Source: Bacillota bacterium | Lineage (GTDB): Bacteria; Bacillota; Clostridia; Peptostreptococcales; Anaerovoracaceae | Reading direction: 5' to 3' | DNA length: 64,000 nt | Assembly (NCBI GenBank): GCA_041797745.1 | Contig: JBHBZU010000024.1 | Coordinates: 17,407-81,406 of the forward strand | Part shown: positions 1 through 9,442 of the stretch, one piece after another | Layout of the letters: each line of letters begins with the position of its first letter | Numbering within the stretch: position 1 is the stretch's first letter | Made by a program: the position numbers and the translations under genes | The notes under the pieces: generated by a model | Database searches by the model: none | What the model was told of the DNA's origin: nothing | The model's input: only the letters and a program-made list of their open reading frames with translations

Positions 1-2
1 CC

Positions 3-2237
3 GAATTTACCAATAAAGAAAACACAACTTACACGATTGGAAGTCCGGAGGGGGTGAAAGCCTTAAGCTTCCTCAGAGACATGACTAAAGAGGGTTCCCT
101 TTCTTTTGATACAACCATTCAGGCAAGCGAAGCCATTGAACTGTTTGCAGAGGAAAAGACTGCTATGACTTTCGCGTGGAACTCATCCATTGCCAAGAAT
201 TACATATCTAAAGCAAAGTTTAATATGTTTCCTATGGCATTTCCTACTGACGAAAATCAGCCGGAGCTTTGCAGCGGCATATGGGGCTTTGGAGTCTTCG
301 ACAACGGAAACCCTAGAAAGCTTGAGAATGCCAAGAAGCTGATTGACTTTTTATGTAATGATGAGGAGCAGGCAATTAAAAGTGTGCAGGCGACAGGTCA
401 TTCTCCTGTTCGCTCTTCTCTCGATGACATCTATGACGGCACTCAATTCGAGGCGGTAGTTGAACCTTTTAACGAATTGACTAAGTTCGTGGGGGAATAT
501 TACAATGTGGCCCCGGGGTGGGTGCTCCAAAGAACTGTTTGGTGGTCAATGCTCCAAAAAGTCTTTAGCGGAGCAAACATTAATGTTACAATGGCGGAGT
601 ATTCTTCCATGGTAAATTCTTCAATAGACACCATCGGGCAAAATAATGAATCGGGGAAAAAGAACGGCAACAGTCGTGTGCTTTTCATAAGTTCAAATTC
701 CATGGACTACCCCGGTATCGATAAAGAAATAGAGGGAATACGGGAAAGCTTAAGTGATGACGCCTTTCTTCATTGCGAATTTATGGATTCCACTTCTATT
801 TACAGTGATGTATTTATAGAAAAGTTTTATCAGTATATTAGTGACAAATACGAAAGAATAGGAAATATCGGAGCGATTATAGTCGGTGGTGACAATGCTT
901 TGAAAATGGTGCTAAGATATCGTAACGGCTTTTTCAAGGATATTCCGATTATATATGAAAGCGTGAACAGCGCTTCCCTTGCAGAGCTTGCCGAACTATA
1001 CGGCATTAAAGGGGTGCATATTCCAAATACCATAATTGACAATTTGGATTTGGCTTGTAAGCTGAAACCGGATATGAAAAAAATATATGTGATTTCGGAT
1101 AACAGTTATGCAGGTAAAGCACTAACGGCTTATGTCAACGGAATAAAGGCAAGATACGCGAAACGTGAAATTGTGATTATAGACACTTCACTGTATTCCG
1201 GCTCGGAAATAAAGAAAAATTTGTCTGAAATAGGCGAAGAATCCATGGTGCTTTATATCACCTTTACCACGGACTCTACAGGAAAGAGGTATAGGTATGA
1301 CCAAGCTATAAAGGAAGTAACGGAAAATACAAAGGCGCCTGTTATGTCTCTTAAGTGGCTTGGTAATGACACTTTGGGCAGTATCTCAATTGATTATATC
1401 AGTATCGGAAGACAAGCGGGAGTGCTGGCGAATGAAGCCATTGGAATATCGGTGCCTAAAGACATGGAAAAAGTAGGCTTGGGAAATAAAAAGGATAGCC
1501 GTACGCTTTCGTCCTTTGATGTAAAGACGATGAAAAAATTCGGTATATCTAAAAGATTCTTGCCAAATGGCACGGTTTATTACAGAGACCGCAGTACGCA
1601 AGAAATTTTATGGTATATAATTAGCGGGCTTGTTCTGGCAATTCTACTTTTCATGTTACGGATGTTCCTATATAGAGAAGACAATAAACGCAGGATTTTA
1701 ATGCTTGAAAAATTAAAAGCACAAAATAAGAAGATATCTGAAGACGCTGAAATTGACGCGCTTACAGGGCTGGGCAACCGAAGACTTTTCAATACGGATA
1801 TTCAAAAGAGTTTAAACTCAGGAAGAAGTCTTTCACTGTTCTTGTTTGATTTGGATAGATTTAAGAATATAAACGACACTTACGGACATCTTGTGGGAGA
1901 CGCAGTCCTTAGAGAAACCGGAAACCGACTTCTTGCAATGAAAGAGAGGAATTTTTCGCCTTATAGATATGGAGGAGATGAGTTTGCAGTTTTGTATTTT
2001 CATTCTGAAAAGGATGATGTACCTGAAAAGCTGGAACAGCTGTTTTCTGCTTTTGACGCGCCTGTCAAATTAGATGATCGGGAAATAAAAGTAGATGTAA
2101 GTATCGGTTCCGCTGATTTTCCGGACAATGCAACCACTACGGATGAACTGGTGCAGTTTGCCGATGAAGCCCTTTACTATGTAAAGGAAAATGGACGAAA
2201 TACCATCAAGAGATATTCGGAGATTAAGGGCTTATAG
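3..2237 (+). CDS. Sensor diguanylate cyclase, 5'-partial (extracytoplasmic solute-binding-like domains + TM helix + GGDEF)
   Basis: The frame is open from base 3 (EFTNKENTTYTIGSPEG... precedes the tracked GTG at 54), so the gene enters from the left edge. The N-terminal part resembles an ABC solute-binding protein and is followed by a second periplasmic-binding-type region. Then come the hydrophobic helix ILWYIISGLVLAILLFMLRMFLY and a GGDEF domain with intact DALTGLGNRR and RYGGDEFAVL motifs. Confidence 0.8.
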   Translation, partial: EFTNKENTTYTIGSPEGVKALSFLRDMTKEGSLSFDTTIQASEAIELFAEEKTAMTFAWNSSIAKNYISKAKFNMFPMAFPTDENQPELCSGIWGFGVFDNGNPRKLENAKKLIDFLCNDEEQAIKSVQATGHSPVRSSLDDIYDGTQFEAVVEPFNELTKFVGEYYNVAPGWVLQRTVWWSMLQKVFSGANINVTMAEYSSMVNSSIDTIGQNNESGKKNGNSRVLFISSNSMDYPGIDKEIEGIRESLSDDAFLHCEFMDSTSIYSDVFIEKFYQYISDKYERIGNIGAIIVGGDNALKMVLRYRNGFFKDIPIIYESVNSASLAELAELYGIKGVHIPNTIIDNLDLACKLKPDMKKIYVISDNSYAGKALTAYVNGIKARYAKREIVIIDTSLYSGSEIKKNLSEIGEESMVLYITFTTDSTGKRYRYDQAIKEVTENTKAPVMSLKWLGNDTLGSISIDYISIGRQAGVLANEAIGISVPKDMEKVGLGNKKDSRTLSSFDVKTMKKFGISKRFLPNGTVYYRDRSTQEILWYIISGLVLAILLFMLRMFLYREDNKRRILMLEKLKAQNKKISEDAEIDALTGLGNRRLFNTDIQKSLNSGRSLSLFLFDLDRFKNINDTYGHLVGDAVLRETGNRLLAMKERNFSPYRYGGDEFAVLYFHSEKDDVPEKLEQLFSAFDAPVKLDDREIKVDVSIGSADFPDNATTTDELVQFADEALYYVKENGRNTIKRYSEIKGL

Positions 2238-2307
2238 GTAAAACTCAAGGAAAAAACCAAAGGAAAAATTTAATATTATAGGTTTATGAAAAATATGCAT
2301 CGGCAAA

Positions 2308-2371
2308 ATGAAAACTGTTTTCATATTGACGGTGCATATTTTATGTGATAAAATTGAAAGCGGTTTTCAAT
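2308..2371 (+). promoter_or_regulatory. zur operon promoter flanked by two Fur-family-type palindromes
   Basis: TTGACG (2326-2331), a 17-nt spacer, then TAAAAT (2349-2354). Palindrome 1 is ATGAAAAC-T-GTTTTCAT (2308-2324), just upstream of the -35. Palindrome 2 is ATTGAAAGCGGTTTTCAAT (2353-2371), overlapping the -10 and +1. Confidence 0.55.
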
Positions 2372-2386
2372 TTGAGGTGAAAAGAT

Positions 2387-2797
2387 ATGCAAAAAGGAAG
2401 ATATAATACAAAACAAAGAGAAGAATTGCTAATCTATTTAAAAAAGGTAGCAGGAGAGCATATTACCGTAAATGATGTTTACAATCATTTTAAGGAAATA
2501 GGCGCAAACGTTGGAATGACAACGATTTATCGGCAACTGGAAAAGATGATTGATGAGGGTCTTGTGAAAAAATATGTGCTGGATTCTTCGTCAGCTGCCT
2601 GCTTTGAATATATAGAGGGAAATGTGGAATGTGCTGAACAGGGATGTACACATCTTAAATGCACAAGCTGCGGCAGGCTTATACATCTTCACTGCAATGA
2701 TTTGAAAGCTACTGAAAAACATCTGCTTGAAGAACATGATTTTAAGGTGAATATGGCACGAACGGTTATTTACGGTTTGTGCGAAAAGTGTAAGTAA
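2387..2797 (+). CDS. zur: Fur-family metalloregulator, probably Zur
   Basis: 136 aa with a winged-helix N-terminus (MTTIYRQLEKMIDEGLV) and two C-terminal CxxC pairs (CTSCG ... CEKCK). It sits directly upstream of a znuABC-type operon. RBS is GAGGTGA. Confidence 0.75.
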   Translation: MQKGRYNTKQREELLIYLKKVAGEHITVNDVYNHFKEIGANVGMTTIYRQLEKMIDEGLVKKYVLDSSSAACFEYIEGNVECAEQGCTHLKCTSCGRLIHLHCNDLKATEKHLLEEHDFKVNMARTVIYGLCEKCK

Positions 2798-2824
2798 AAA
2801 ATTATGAAAGGAGAGTAATTACCT

Positions 2825-3124
2825 ATGAATAAAAAACAGAAACGCAGAATAATTGCGCTGATAATATTAGTGGCTATTTTATCGGTAATGCTCCTTTCCA
2901 TAGCATATATTTTGGAACATTCAGGTCACGAATGTACAGGAAGTAAATGCCCTATTTGCGCGGCTATAGAACAATGTTGTGATAATCTTAAAATCCTTGA
3001 CACTGCTATTACCGCCTGCATTTTGGTATTCCTTTTTATGAGAGTTGTAAAATCGGAGCAATGCGTAAGTCTTGTGTATTTTAACAACTCATTAATTTCG
3101 CAAAAGGTAAGAATGAATAATTGA
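2825..3124 (+). CDS. Small Cys/His-rich two-TM membrane protein of unknown function
   Basis: 99 aa. RBS is AAAGGAGAG. There is an N-terminal TM helix, then HECTGSKCPICAAIEQCC, then a second hydrophobic segment. The gene is embedded between zur and znuA. Confidence 0.6.
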   Translation: MNKKQKRRIIALIILVAILSVMLLSIAYILEHSGHECTGSKCPICAAIEQCCDNLKILDTAITACILVFLFMRVVKSEQCVSLVYFNNSLISQKVRMNN

Positions 3125-3187
3125 ATTGACCGGTAGACATTTATTAAAAAATAAAATTTCGAGAAAATGAATTTGGAGGAACTGAAA

Positions 3188-4168
3188 ATGAAAAAAATTA
3201 TATCCATTCTTTTAATGATTACATTGGTTTTTACCTTACTGGTAGGCTGCGGAGAAACAGATAACGATAAACCTGATGAAAGCAAAATTTCTGTAGTTAC
3301 AACTATCTTCCCTGAATATGACTGGGTGAAAGAAATAACTAAAGGTAATGAAAACATTGAGCTTACCATGCTTCTTGACGACGGTGTGGATCTTCACAGC
3401 TTCCAGCCCACAGCCGATGACATTGTCAAGCTGTCAACCTGCGATATGTTTATATACGTTGGCGGTGAATCTGACGAATGGGTTAAAGATGCTCTTTCCG
3501 AGGCTACAAATAGCGATATGGTCGTAATCAACCTCCTTGAAGTCCTTGGAGACAATGTAAAAGAGGAAGAATTTGTAGAGGGTATGGAAAGCGAAGAAGG
3601 GGGCGAAGAAGCTGAAGAAGAGGAAGAAATAGAATATGATGAACACGTATGGCTTTCTCTTAAAAACGCAAAAATCCTTTGCCAGTTTATTTCAGATGAA
3701 TTAGGGAAAATTGATGAAGGAAACAAGGCTTTATATGAGGAAAATGTTAAAAATTACATTGCAGAGCTTGATGTGTTAGATAAAGATTATGAAAAAACTG
3801 TAAGCAACGCAGCTACAAAAACTATATTATTCGGCGACAGATTCCCATTTAGATATATGGTTGAAGATTACGGCTTAAAGTATTATGCAGCCTTTGTTGG
3901 ATGTTCTGCGGAATCAGAAGCAAGCTTTGAGACTATCAAATTCCTTGCAAATAAGGTTGATGAACTTGGATTAAAGGCGATTCTTCAGATAGAAAGTGCA
4001 GACGGCAAGATAGCCGAAACCATTAAGAATGCAACTAAAAACAAGAATCAGGAGATTCTTACTTTAGATTCCATGCAGTCCGTTACTGCAAATGACGTTG
4101 CAAATGGAGCAACATATATCGGTACTATGAACAGCAATCTTGCAGTATTGGAAAATGTAATAATTTAA
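3188..4168 (+). CDS. znuA: Zinc/metal ABC transporter substrate-binding lipoprotein (ZnuA/AdcA/TroA cluster-9 type)
   Basis: GGAGG at 3175-3179 lies 8 nt before the ATG at 3188, so this start is preferred over the tracked 3167. Signal peptide with lipobox LLVGC. Acidic flexible loop EEGGEEAEEEEEIEYDEH. It is followed by the ATPase and permease genes. Confidence 0.85.
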   Translation: MKKIISILLMITLVFTLLVGCGETDNDKPDESKISVVTTIFPEYDWVKEITKGNENIELTMLLDDGVDLHSFQPTADDIVKLSTCDMFIYVGGESDEWVKDALSEATNSDMVVINLLEVLGDNVKEEEFVEGMESEEGGEEAEEEEEIEYDEHVWLSLKNAKILCQFISDELGKIDEGNKALYEENVKNYIAELDVLDKDYEKTVSNAATKTILFGDRFPFRYMVEDYGLKYYAAFVGCSAESEASFETIKFLANKVDELGLKAILQIESADGKIAETIKNATKNKNQEILTLDSMQSVTANDVANGATYIGTMNSNLAVLENVII

Positions 4169-4181
4169 AGGTGGTACTTGT

Positions 4182-4895
4182 ATGTCTATACTAATCGGGA
4201 ATAATCTTTCTCTGGGTTACGATGGGAAAGAAATAATTAGCGGAGTAAATTTTAAAATTGAAAAGGGCGATTATATCTGTATCGTAGGTGAAAACGGAGC
4301 GGGCAAATCTACATTGATAAAGACAATGCTCGGTCTTATAGAAGCTGTTAAAGGAGATATCATATTCAGCGAAGATTTAAGCAAAAATGAAATAGGATAC
4401 CTGCCGCAGCAGACCCTTGTGCAGAAAGACTTTCCGGCTTCGGTGGAAGAGATTGTTTTATCCGGTTGTCAGGGGCGTATGGGCATGAGACCTTTTTACA
4501 CAAAAGAAGAAAGGCAACTGGCAAAGGAAAAGATGGAGAGCATGAAAATATCCCATCTTTCCAAACGTTGCTATCGAGAGCTATCCGGCGGACAGCAACA
4601 AAGGGTTCTGCTTGCAAGAACCCTTTGTGCCACCGGAAAAATGCTTTTGCTTGATGAACCGGTGGCGGGGCTTGACCCTAAAGCAATGTCGGAGCTGTAT
4701 GAGCTTATTAAAAAACTCAACGATGAGGGCGTGACAATAGTCATGATTTCCCATGATATAGCCTTTGCAATTAATTTTGCGAGCCACGTACTTCATTTAG
4801 ACAAAGACTCCTTTTTCGGAACGAAAGAGGAATATCTGAAAAGCGACGCGGGAAAAAGATTTTTAATTATGCAGGAAATGGAGGGAAAAGTATAA
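4182..4895 (+). CDS. znuC: Zinc ABC transporter ATP-binding protein
   Basis: Walker A GENGAGKST, ABC signature LSGGQQQR, Walker B LLLDEP. Confidence 0.9.
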   Translation: MSILIGNNLSLGYDGKEIISGVNFKIEKGDYICIVGENGAGKSTLIKTMLGLIEAVKGDIIFSEDLSKNEIGYLPQQTLVQKDFPASVEEIVLSGCQGRMGMRPFYTKEERQLAKEKMESMKISHLSKRCYRELSGGQQQRVLLARTLCATGKMLLLDEPVAGLDPKAMSELYELIKKLNDEGVTIVMISHDIAFAINFASHVLHLDKDSFFGTKEEYLKSDAGKRFLIMQEMEGKV

Positions 4896-5737
4896 TGGAA
4901 AAGCTGTTTTTATATTTGGAATATCCCTTTGTAAGATATGCATTAATTGTAGGTGTTTTAATTGCCCTTTGTTCTTCTCTCCTTGGAGTGACTTTGGTGT
5001 TAAAACGATTTTCCTTTATCGGAGACGGATTATCCCATGTTGCTTTCGGAGCAATGTCACTATCAGCTATATTGGGAATGACTAATGACACGACGGTGGT
5101 GCTTCCCGTAACTGTGGCATGTGCGGTGGTTCTTCTTAAAACAGGGCAAAATGCTAAAATCAAGGGGGACGCGGCAATCGCTATGATTTCGGTAGGGGCT
5201 TTAGCCTTTGGATATTTAATTATGAACGTATTTTCTACTTCATCGAATCTTTCAGGAGACGTATGTTCAACACTTTTCGGTTCAACATCAATTTTAACGC
5301 TTCAAGAAAATGAGGTATGGCTTTGTGCAGTATTATCAGTATTGGTAGTGCTGTTTTTCGTCTTTTTTTACAATAAAATTTTCTATGTTACCTTTGATGA
5401 AAATTTTGCAAGGTCGGTAGGAACAAAGGTGGATTTGTACAATCTTATAATAGCAGTGATTATTGCGGTAATAATTGTTCTTGCAATGAACCTTGTAGGC
5501 TCACTTTTGATATCGGCTTTGATTATTTTCCCTGCTTTATCAGCAATGAGACTGTTTCATTGTTTTAAGAGTGTAACCATATGCTCTGCAATTATTTCCG
5601 TGATTTGTGCCTTTAGCGGAATCATCGTGTCAATTCTTGCAGGGACACCCGTAGGCTCCACAATTGTTGCGATAGATGTTTTGGCATTCTTTATTTGCTA
5701 TTTTGCAGGAAAGCTTTTAGGAGGTATCAGAGCATGA
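4895..5737 (+). CDS. znuB: Zinc ABC transporter permease
   Basis: 280-aa polytopic membrane protein of the ABC-3 (ZnuB/TroCD) type. Its start overlaps the znuC stop (TAATG). Confidence 0.85.
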   Translation: MEKLFLYLEYPFVRYALIVGVLIALCSSLLGVTLVLKRFSFIGDGLSHVAFGAMSLSAILGMTNDTTVVLPVTVACAVVLLKTGQNAKIKGDAAIAMISVGALAFGYLIMNVFSTSSNLSGDVCSTLFGSTSILTLQENEVWLCAVLSVLVVLFFVFFYNKIFYVTFDENFARSVGTKVDLYNLIIAVIIAVIIVLAMNLVGSLLISALIIFPALSAMRLFHCFKSVTICSAIISVICAFSGIIVSILAGTPVGSTIVAIDVLAFFICYFAGKLLGGIRA

Positions 5738-6318
5738 AAAAGAAAAGTATTAAGTTAATAGCTGTGCTTTGCATATTACTTTCAGCTACTTTTTTAACGG
5801 CATGCGGAAATGAAAATTCAAAGGTTGATCAAGTTATTCAGAACCAAATACAAGGGGGAGAGACAAAGCCGGATAGAAATGCGGGTGAGGGAGTTGTGGA
5901 AACTGCGACGAAAAGTGCAACATATATGCCGGAAATAAAAAATCAGGAAACGGGAAAGTCTAAAAAAAAGGAACCTAAGATTGATGTGGACCTTACCAAG
6001 CTAAGCAGTACGATGGTATATTCAGAAGTATATAATATGATGTTTTCGCCGGATGATTATGTGGGTGAAAGGATAAAAATGAGGGGGATTTTTGATGCAT
6101 ATGCAAATCCTGACACAGCGGAGGTTTATTTTGCCTGTATAATCAGTGATGCAATGGCGTGTTGTTCTCAAGGAATAGAATTTCAACTTGCGGGAGAACA
6201 TAAATACCCTGAAGATTACCCTAAACCTGGGGAGGAAATAACAGTGACAGGGGTATTTGACACCTTTTATGAAGATGATTATTTATACTGTATATTACGA
6301 GAATCTAAATTAGAATAA
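5734..6318 (+). CDS. Lipoprotein of unknown function, last gene of the zinc operon
   Basis: The ATG at 5734 follows AGGAGG and gives MKKKSIKLIAVLCILLSATFLTAC (lipobox). The tracked 5695 start lies inside znuB. The C-terminal domain has a Cys cluster, ACIISDAMACCSQG. Confidence 0.7.
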   Translation: MKKKSIKLIAVLCILLSATFLTACGNENSKVDQVIQNQIQGGETKPDRNAGEGVVETATKSATYMPEIKNQETGKSKKKEPKIDVDLTKLSSTMVYSEVYNMMFSPDDYVGERIKMRGIFDAYANPDTAEVYFACIISDAMACCSQGIEFQLAGEHKYPEDYPKPGEEITVTGVFDTFYEDDYLYCILRESKLE

Positions 6319-6483
6319 ATTCATAGAAAATTTTAAATGACTTTGTGGAAAAAACAGGATATTATAATATATATGAAAGTTCCTAAACCTGTTAGAATTA
6401 TTATTTCATCTCAAAAGGTGAGGGCAGATAAACGGGCGGATTAATAAACTATCAAATTTATACGTGAGAGTAGGAGGACCAAA

Positions 6484-8094
6484 ATGGCTACAAATAAAGG
6501 AATACTCGATATTTTACGAGAAATAGTGGCTGTTCAAAGCGATACAGGTACAAGTTTGGAATGTGATATGGCGGAAAAACTTTTATCACTGTTCGCAGAA
6601 GATGAATATTTCAAAAATCACCCTGACTGTTTCGGAAAGTATGAATTTGGCGATGTGTTTGAAAGACCTGTGATATGGGCTTTGAAAAAGGGCAGGGGTA
6701 AAAAGGTTCTTATTATTTCCGGACATATGGATATAGTTGAAATTGAAAGCTACGGGAAATTAAAGCCGTGGGCATTAAAGCCTGAAGAACTGGCGAAAAA
6801 AATATCTGAAGAGGGAATGGCAACAGGAGAAACTCTTGAACACCTCAATTCAGGGCAGTGGTTGTTCGGGCGAGGAACGGCAGACATGAAAGGCGGACTG
6901 GCGGTAGGCATTCACGAGATTTTGAATATGGACGAAAATGATGAGGCAGGCATACTTTTTGTGGCGGTGCCTGATGAGGAAAATCTGTCAGCCGGTGCAA
7001 GAGGTGCCTTAGGTCTTATCAACAAAATTCGTGAGGATTTCGACTTGGAATATATAGCAAGTGTTATTCCGGAGCCGCAGTTTAAGGACGCCACAGATGA
7101 TTTTTTAGTATATAACGGTTCAATCGGCAAGATGATGCCTTTAATTGTTGCAAAGGGGAAATTGGCACATTGCGGAGAGTCGTTTAGAGGGGTAAATGCG
7201 GCGCATATTATAGCGGATTTAGTAACAAGAATAGATATGAATCCGGAGCTTATGACGGAAGACCTCGGATTTTCAACGCAGGTTCCAATCTGTCAGATAG
7301 TAAAGGATCTTAAAACCACATATGACGTATCCATTCCGGAATATGCGGCGACTTGTGTAAATCTGCTGTTTTTCGGACAGGACATGACGGCGGAACTTTT
7401 AGCCAAGATTAAGAAATCAGCTGAGGAAACTGCTACCGATATTATGGAAAAATATAATAAGGCTTTTGAAATAGGGTTGTCTAAAGGGGCTGTAAGAGAG
7501 GACGACCGTGCTGCAAAAAGCATTAGAGTTATGGAATTAAGAGAATTAGAGGATGAACTGGGGGGAGAAACGGAGTTTACGAAATTCAAACAGGAGCTTA
7601 TCGAAAATCTTCAGAAAAAGATTACCAAAGGGGAAATTAATATTCAAAACGCCTCCATTGAGTATATCAAGACTTTGCTCGAGGTAGCGGGAATTGAGGA
7701 ACCTGCCATTGTGGTAGGAATTGCGCCGCCATACTATCCTTGCGTATCAAATACCTATTTTGATAATGAAAGCGAGAGACTTTTAGAGGTGGTAAGAGAG
7801 GTTGCGGAGAAGAAGTCGGGACAAAAGATGAGAGCATTGCCGTTCTTCACGGGAATCGGAGATTGCAGTTACTTTGTCCCGTCAAACCCTGAATCAGAAA
7901 GAAAACTGATGAAAAATGTTGTACTGGCAGGAAAATGCTATGATATCCCCTTTGAAGAAGCTTACAAGTTAAACACACCTTGCTTTTTCATAGGTCCACG
8001 AGGCAGAGCTGTACATCAGTGGAGCGAAAGAGTATACATAAAGGATTTAGTAGAAACAGTTCCCGCCATTTTTAAGGCGTTAAGGAATGTATAA
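6484..8094 (+). CDS. rocB: M20/M25/M40 family metallohydrolase, RocB-like (arginine utilisation protein)
   Basis: 536 aa. M20 signature GRGTADMKGG and the metal-binding block PDEE. Size and layout match RocB-type proteins. RBS is TAGGAGGA. Confidence 0.65.
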   Translation: MATNKGILDILREIVAVQSDTGTSLECDMAEKLLSLFAEDEYFKNHPDCFGKYEFGDVFERPVIWALKKGRGKKVLIISGHMDIVEIESYGKLKPWALKPEELAKKISEEGMATGETLEHLNSGQWLFGRGTADMKGGLAVGIHEILNMDENDEAGILFVAVPDEENLSAGARGALGLINKIREDFDLEYIASVIPEPQFKDATDDFLVYNGSIGKMMPLIVAKGKLAHCGESFRGVNAAHIIADLVTRIDMNPELMTEDLGFSTQVPICQIVKDLKTTYDVSIPEYAATCVNLLFFGQDMTAELLAKIKKSAEETATDIMEKYNKAFEIGLSKGAVREDDRAAKSIRVMELRELEDELGGETEFTKFKQELIENLQKKITKGEINIQNASIEYIKTLLEVAGIEEPAIVVGIAPPYYPCVSNTYFDNESERLLEVVREVAEKKSGQKMRALPFFTGIGDCSYFVPSNPESERKLMKNVVLAGKCYDIPFEEAYKLNTPCFFIGPRGRAVHQWSERVYIKDLVETVPAIFKALRNV

Positions 8095-8104
8095 AGGCAT
8101 AAAA

Positions 8105-9442
8105 ATGACAAATTTAATTGAAGTGGCAAAGAACCCAAGCTATAAAACAAATCACATAATGAAAACCATCTCCGTAGCCATATTTGTATCGCTGGCGTCA
8201 AGACTCAGCTTTGAAATTATAACGGACGGGTTTATTGTGGCGTTTTCTGTTGTGGTAATGGCTATCTTCATCTATTGTTATAATGACTTGTCTCCGGCAT
8301 TTATAGCCATGCTTTCAGGTGTGTTTTCACCTATGTTAAGAATTTTTTTGCTATATCTTGAGCGGGGCAATATAGAAGACAGTTTAAGCTCCGCCATGCC
8401 GGATGTAGCTTTCTTTTTCAGCTATGCTCTATTTTATACCTTTATTTACAAATGGATTATTTTAGATCCTAAAAGCATGAAAAACTTTCCTTTCGCAATA
8501 TTCTTTTGCGATGCTTTGTCAAATATATTCGAGATGACATGCAGAAGTATTTTGGCGGAGCATATGCTTGTTAATGTGCAGGTATTGCTGTATTTAGTTA
8601 TAATAGCATTAATTCGTACAGGTTTTATCATGTTTATTATAGTGGCAATAGAAGCCTATTCTTCTTTCCTTTTACAAATGGAACACGACGAAGAGTATAA
8701 GAAGCTTTTGACCCAAGCCTCCATTTTTGAAAGTGAGTTAAGACTCATGGAAAAGAATGCGGCGGAAATCGAAGATATTATGAAAAAGGCATATGACCTG
8801 CACAAATCATCCCAAGGAAGAACCGACATTCCTGAAAATTATAAAAGTGCTTTTTTAGACATAGCAAGAGAGGCACATGAAGTAAAGGGCGATTATATTT
8901 CAGCCATTGATATGCTTAGGGAAACCTATTCAGGAGTTGTCAGCGATGAGGGCATGAAGATGAGCGACATAATTGCTTTAGAACGTGCAAACGCCTTTTC
9001 CATCATTAGAAAAAACAACTTGAAGATTGAAATTTCCTTAAAACTGCAATGCGATTTTATGGTGATTGACAGTTTTCCGATGATGTCCATCATACGAAAT
9101 CTCCTTACAAATGCTGTGGAAGCCATAGGCAGAAAACCGGGAACTATCCAAGTACAGTTGTATCTTGAGAAAAAAGATAATGTGGCTGAAAATTATATAA
9201 TTAAAGTAAGGGATGATGGCAATGGAATTGCAGAAAATGAGTTAGACAGCGTTTTCATCCAATTTTACAGTACGAAGTTTAACCCTGAAACAGGAAATAT
9301 TCAGCGAGGCATAGGTCTTAGTTTGGTAAAAGATTATGTGGAAGAAATCTTCGGAGGGCGCGTTTGTGTAGAAAGCGAGCCTGAAAAGTTTGCGGAATTT
9401 ACCATTGTAATTCCTGCAAAGCGTGAGGAGGTAATTGCATGA
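8105..9442 (+). CDS. Membrane sensor histidine kinase, GlnK/YcbA-like
   Basis: About 6 N-terminal TM helices, a coiled linker and a GHKL ATPase domain (NLLTNAVEA, RDDGNGI, GIGLSLV). The stop overlaps the start of the response regulator. The start at 8105 is preferred on RBS spacing; 8087 is possible. Confidence 0.75.
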   Translation: MTNLIEVAKNPSYKTNHIMKTISVAIFVSLASRLSFEIITDGFIVAFSVVVMAIFIYCYNDLSPAFIAMLSGVFSPMLRIFLLYLERGNIEDSLSSAMPDVAFFFSYALFYTFIYKWIILDPKSMKNFPFAIFFCDALSNIFEMTCRSILAEHMLVNVQVLLYLVIIALIRTGFIMFIIVAIEAYSSFLLQMEHDEEYKKLLTQASIFESELRLMEKNAAEIEDIMKKAYDLHKSSQGRTDIPENYKSAFLDIAREAHEVKGDYISAIDMLRETYSGVVSDEGMKMSDIIALERANAFSIIRKNNLKIEISLKLQCDFMVIDSFPMMSIIRNLLTNAVEAIGRKPGTIQVQLYLEKKDNVAENYIIKVRDDGNGIAENELDSVFIQFYSTKFNPETGNIQRGIGLSLVKDYVEEIFGGRVCVESEPEKFAEFTIVIPAKREEVIA

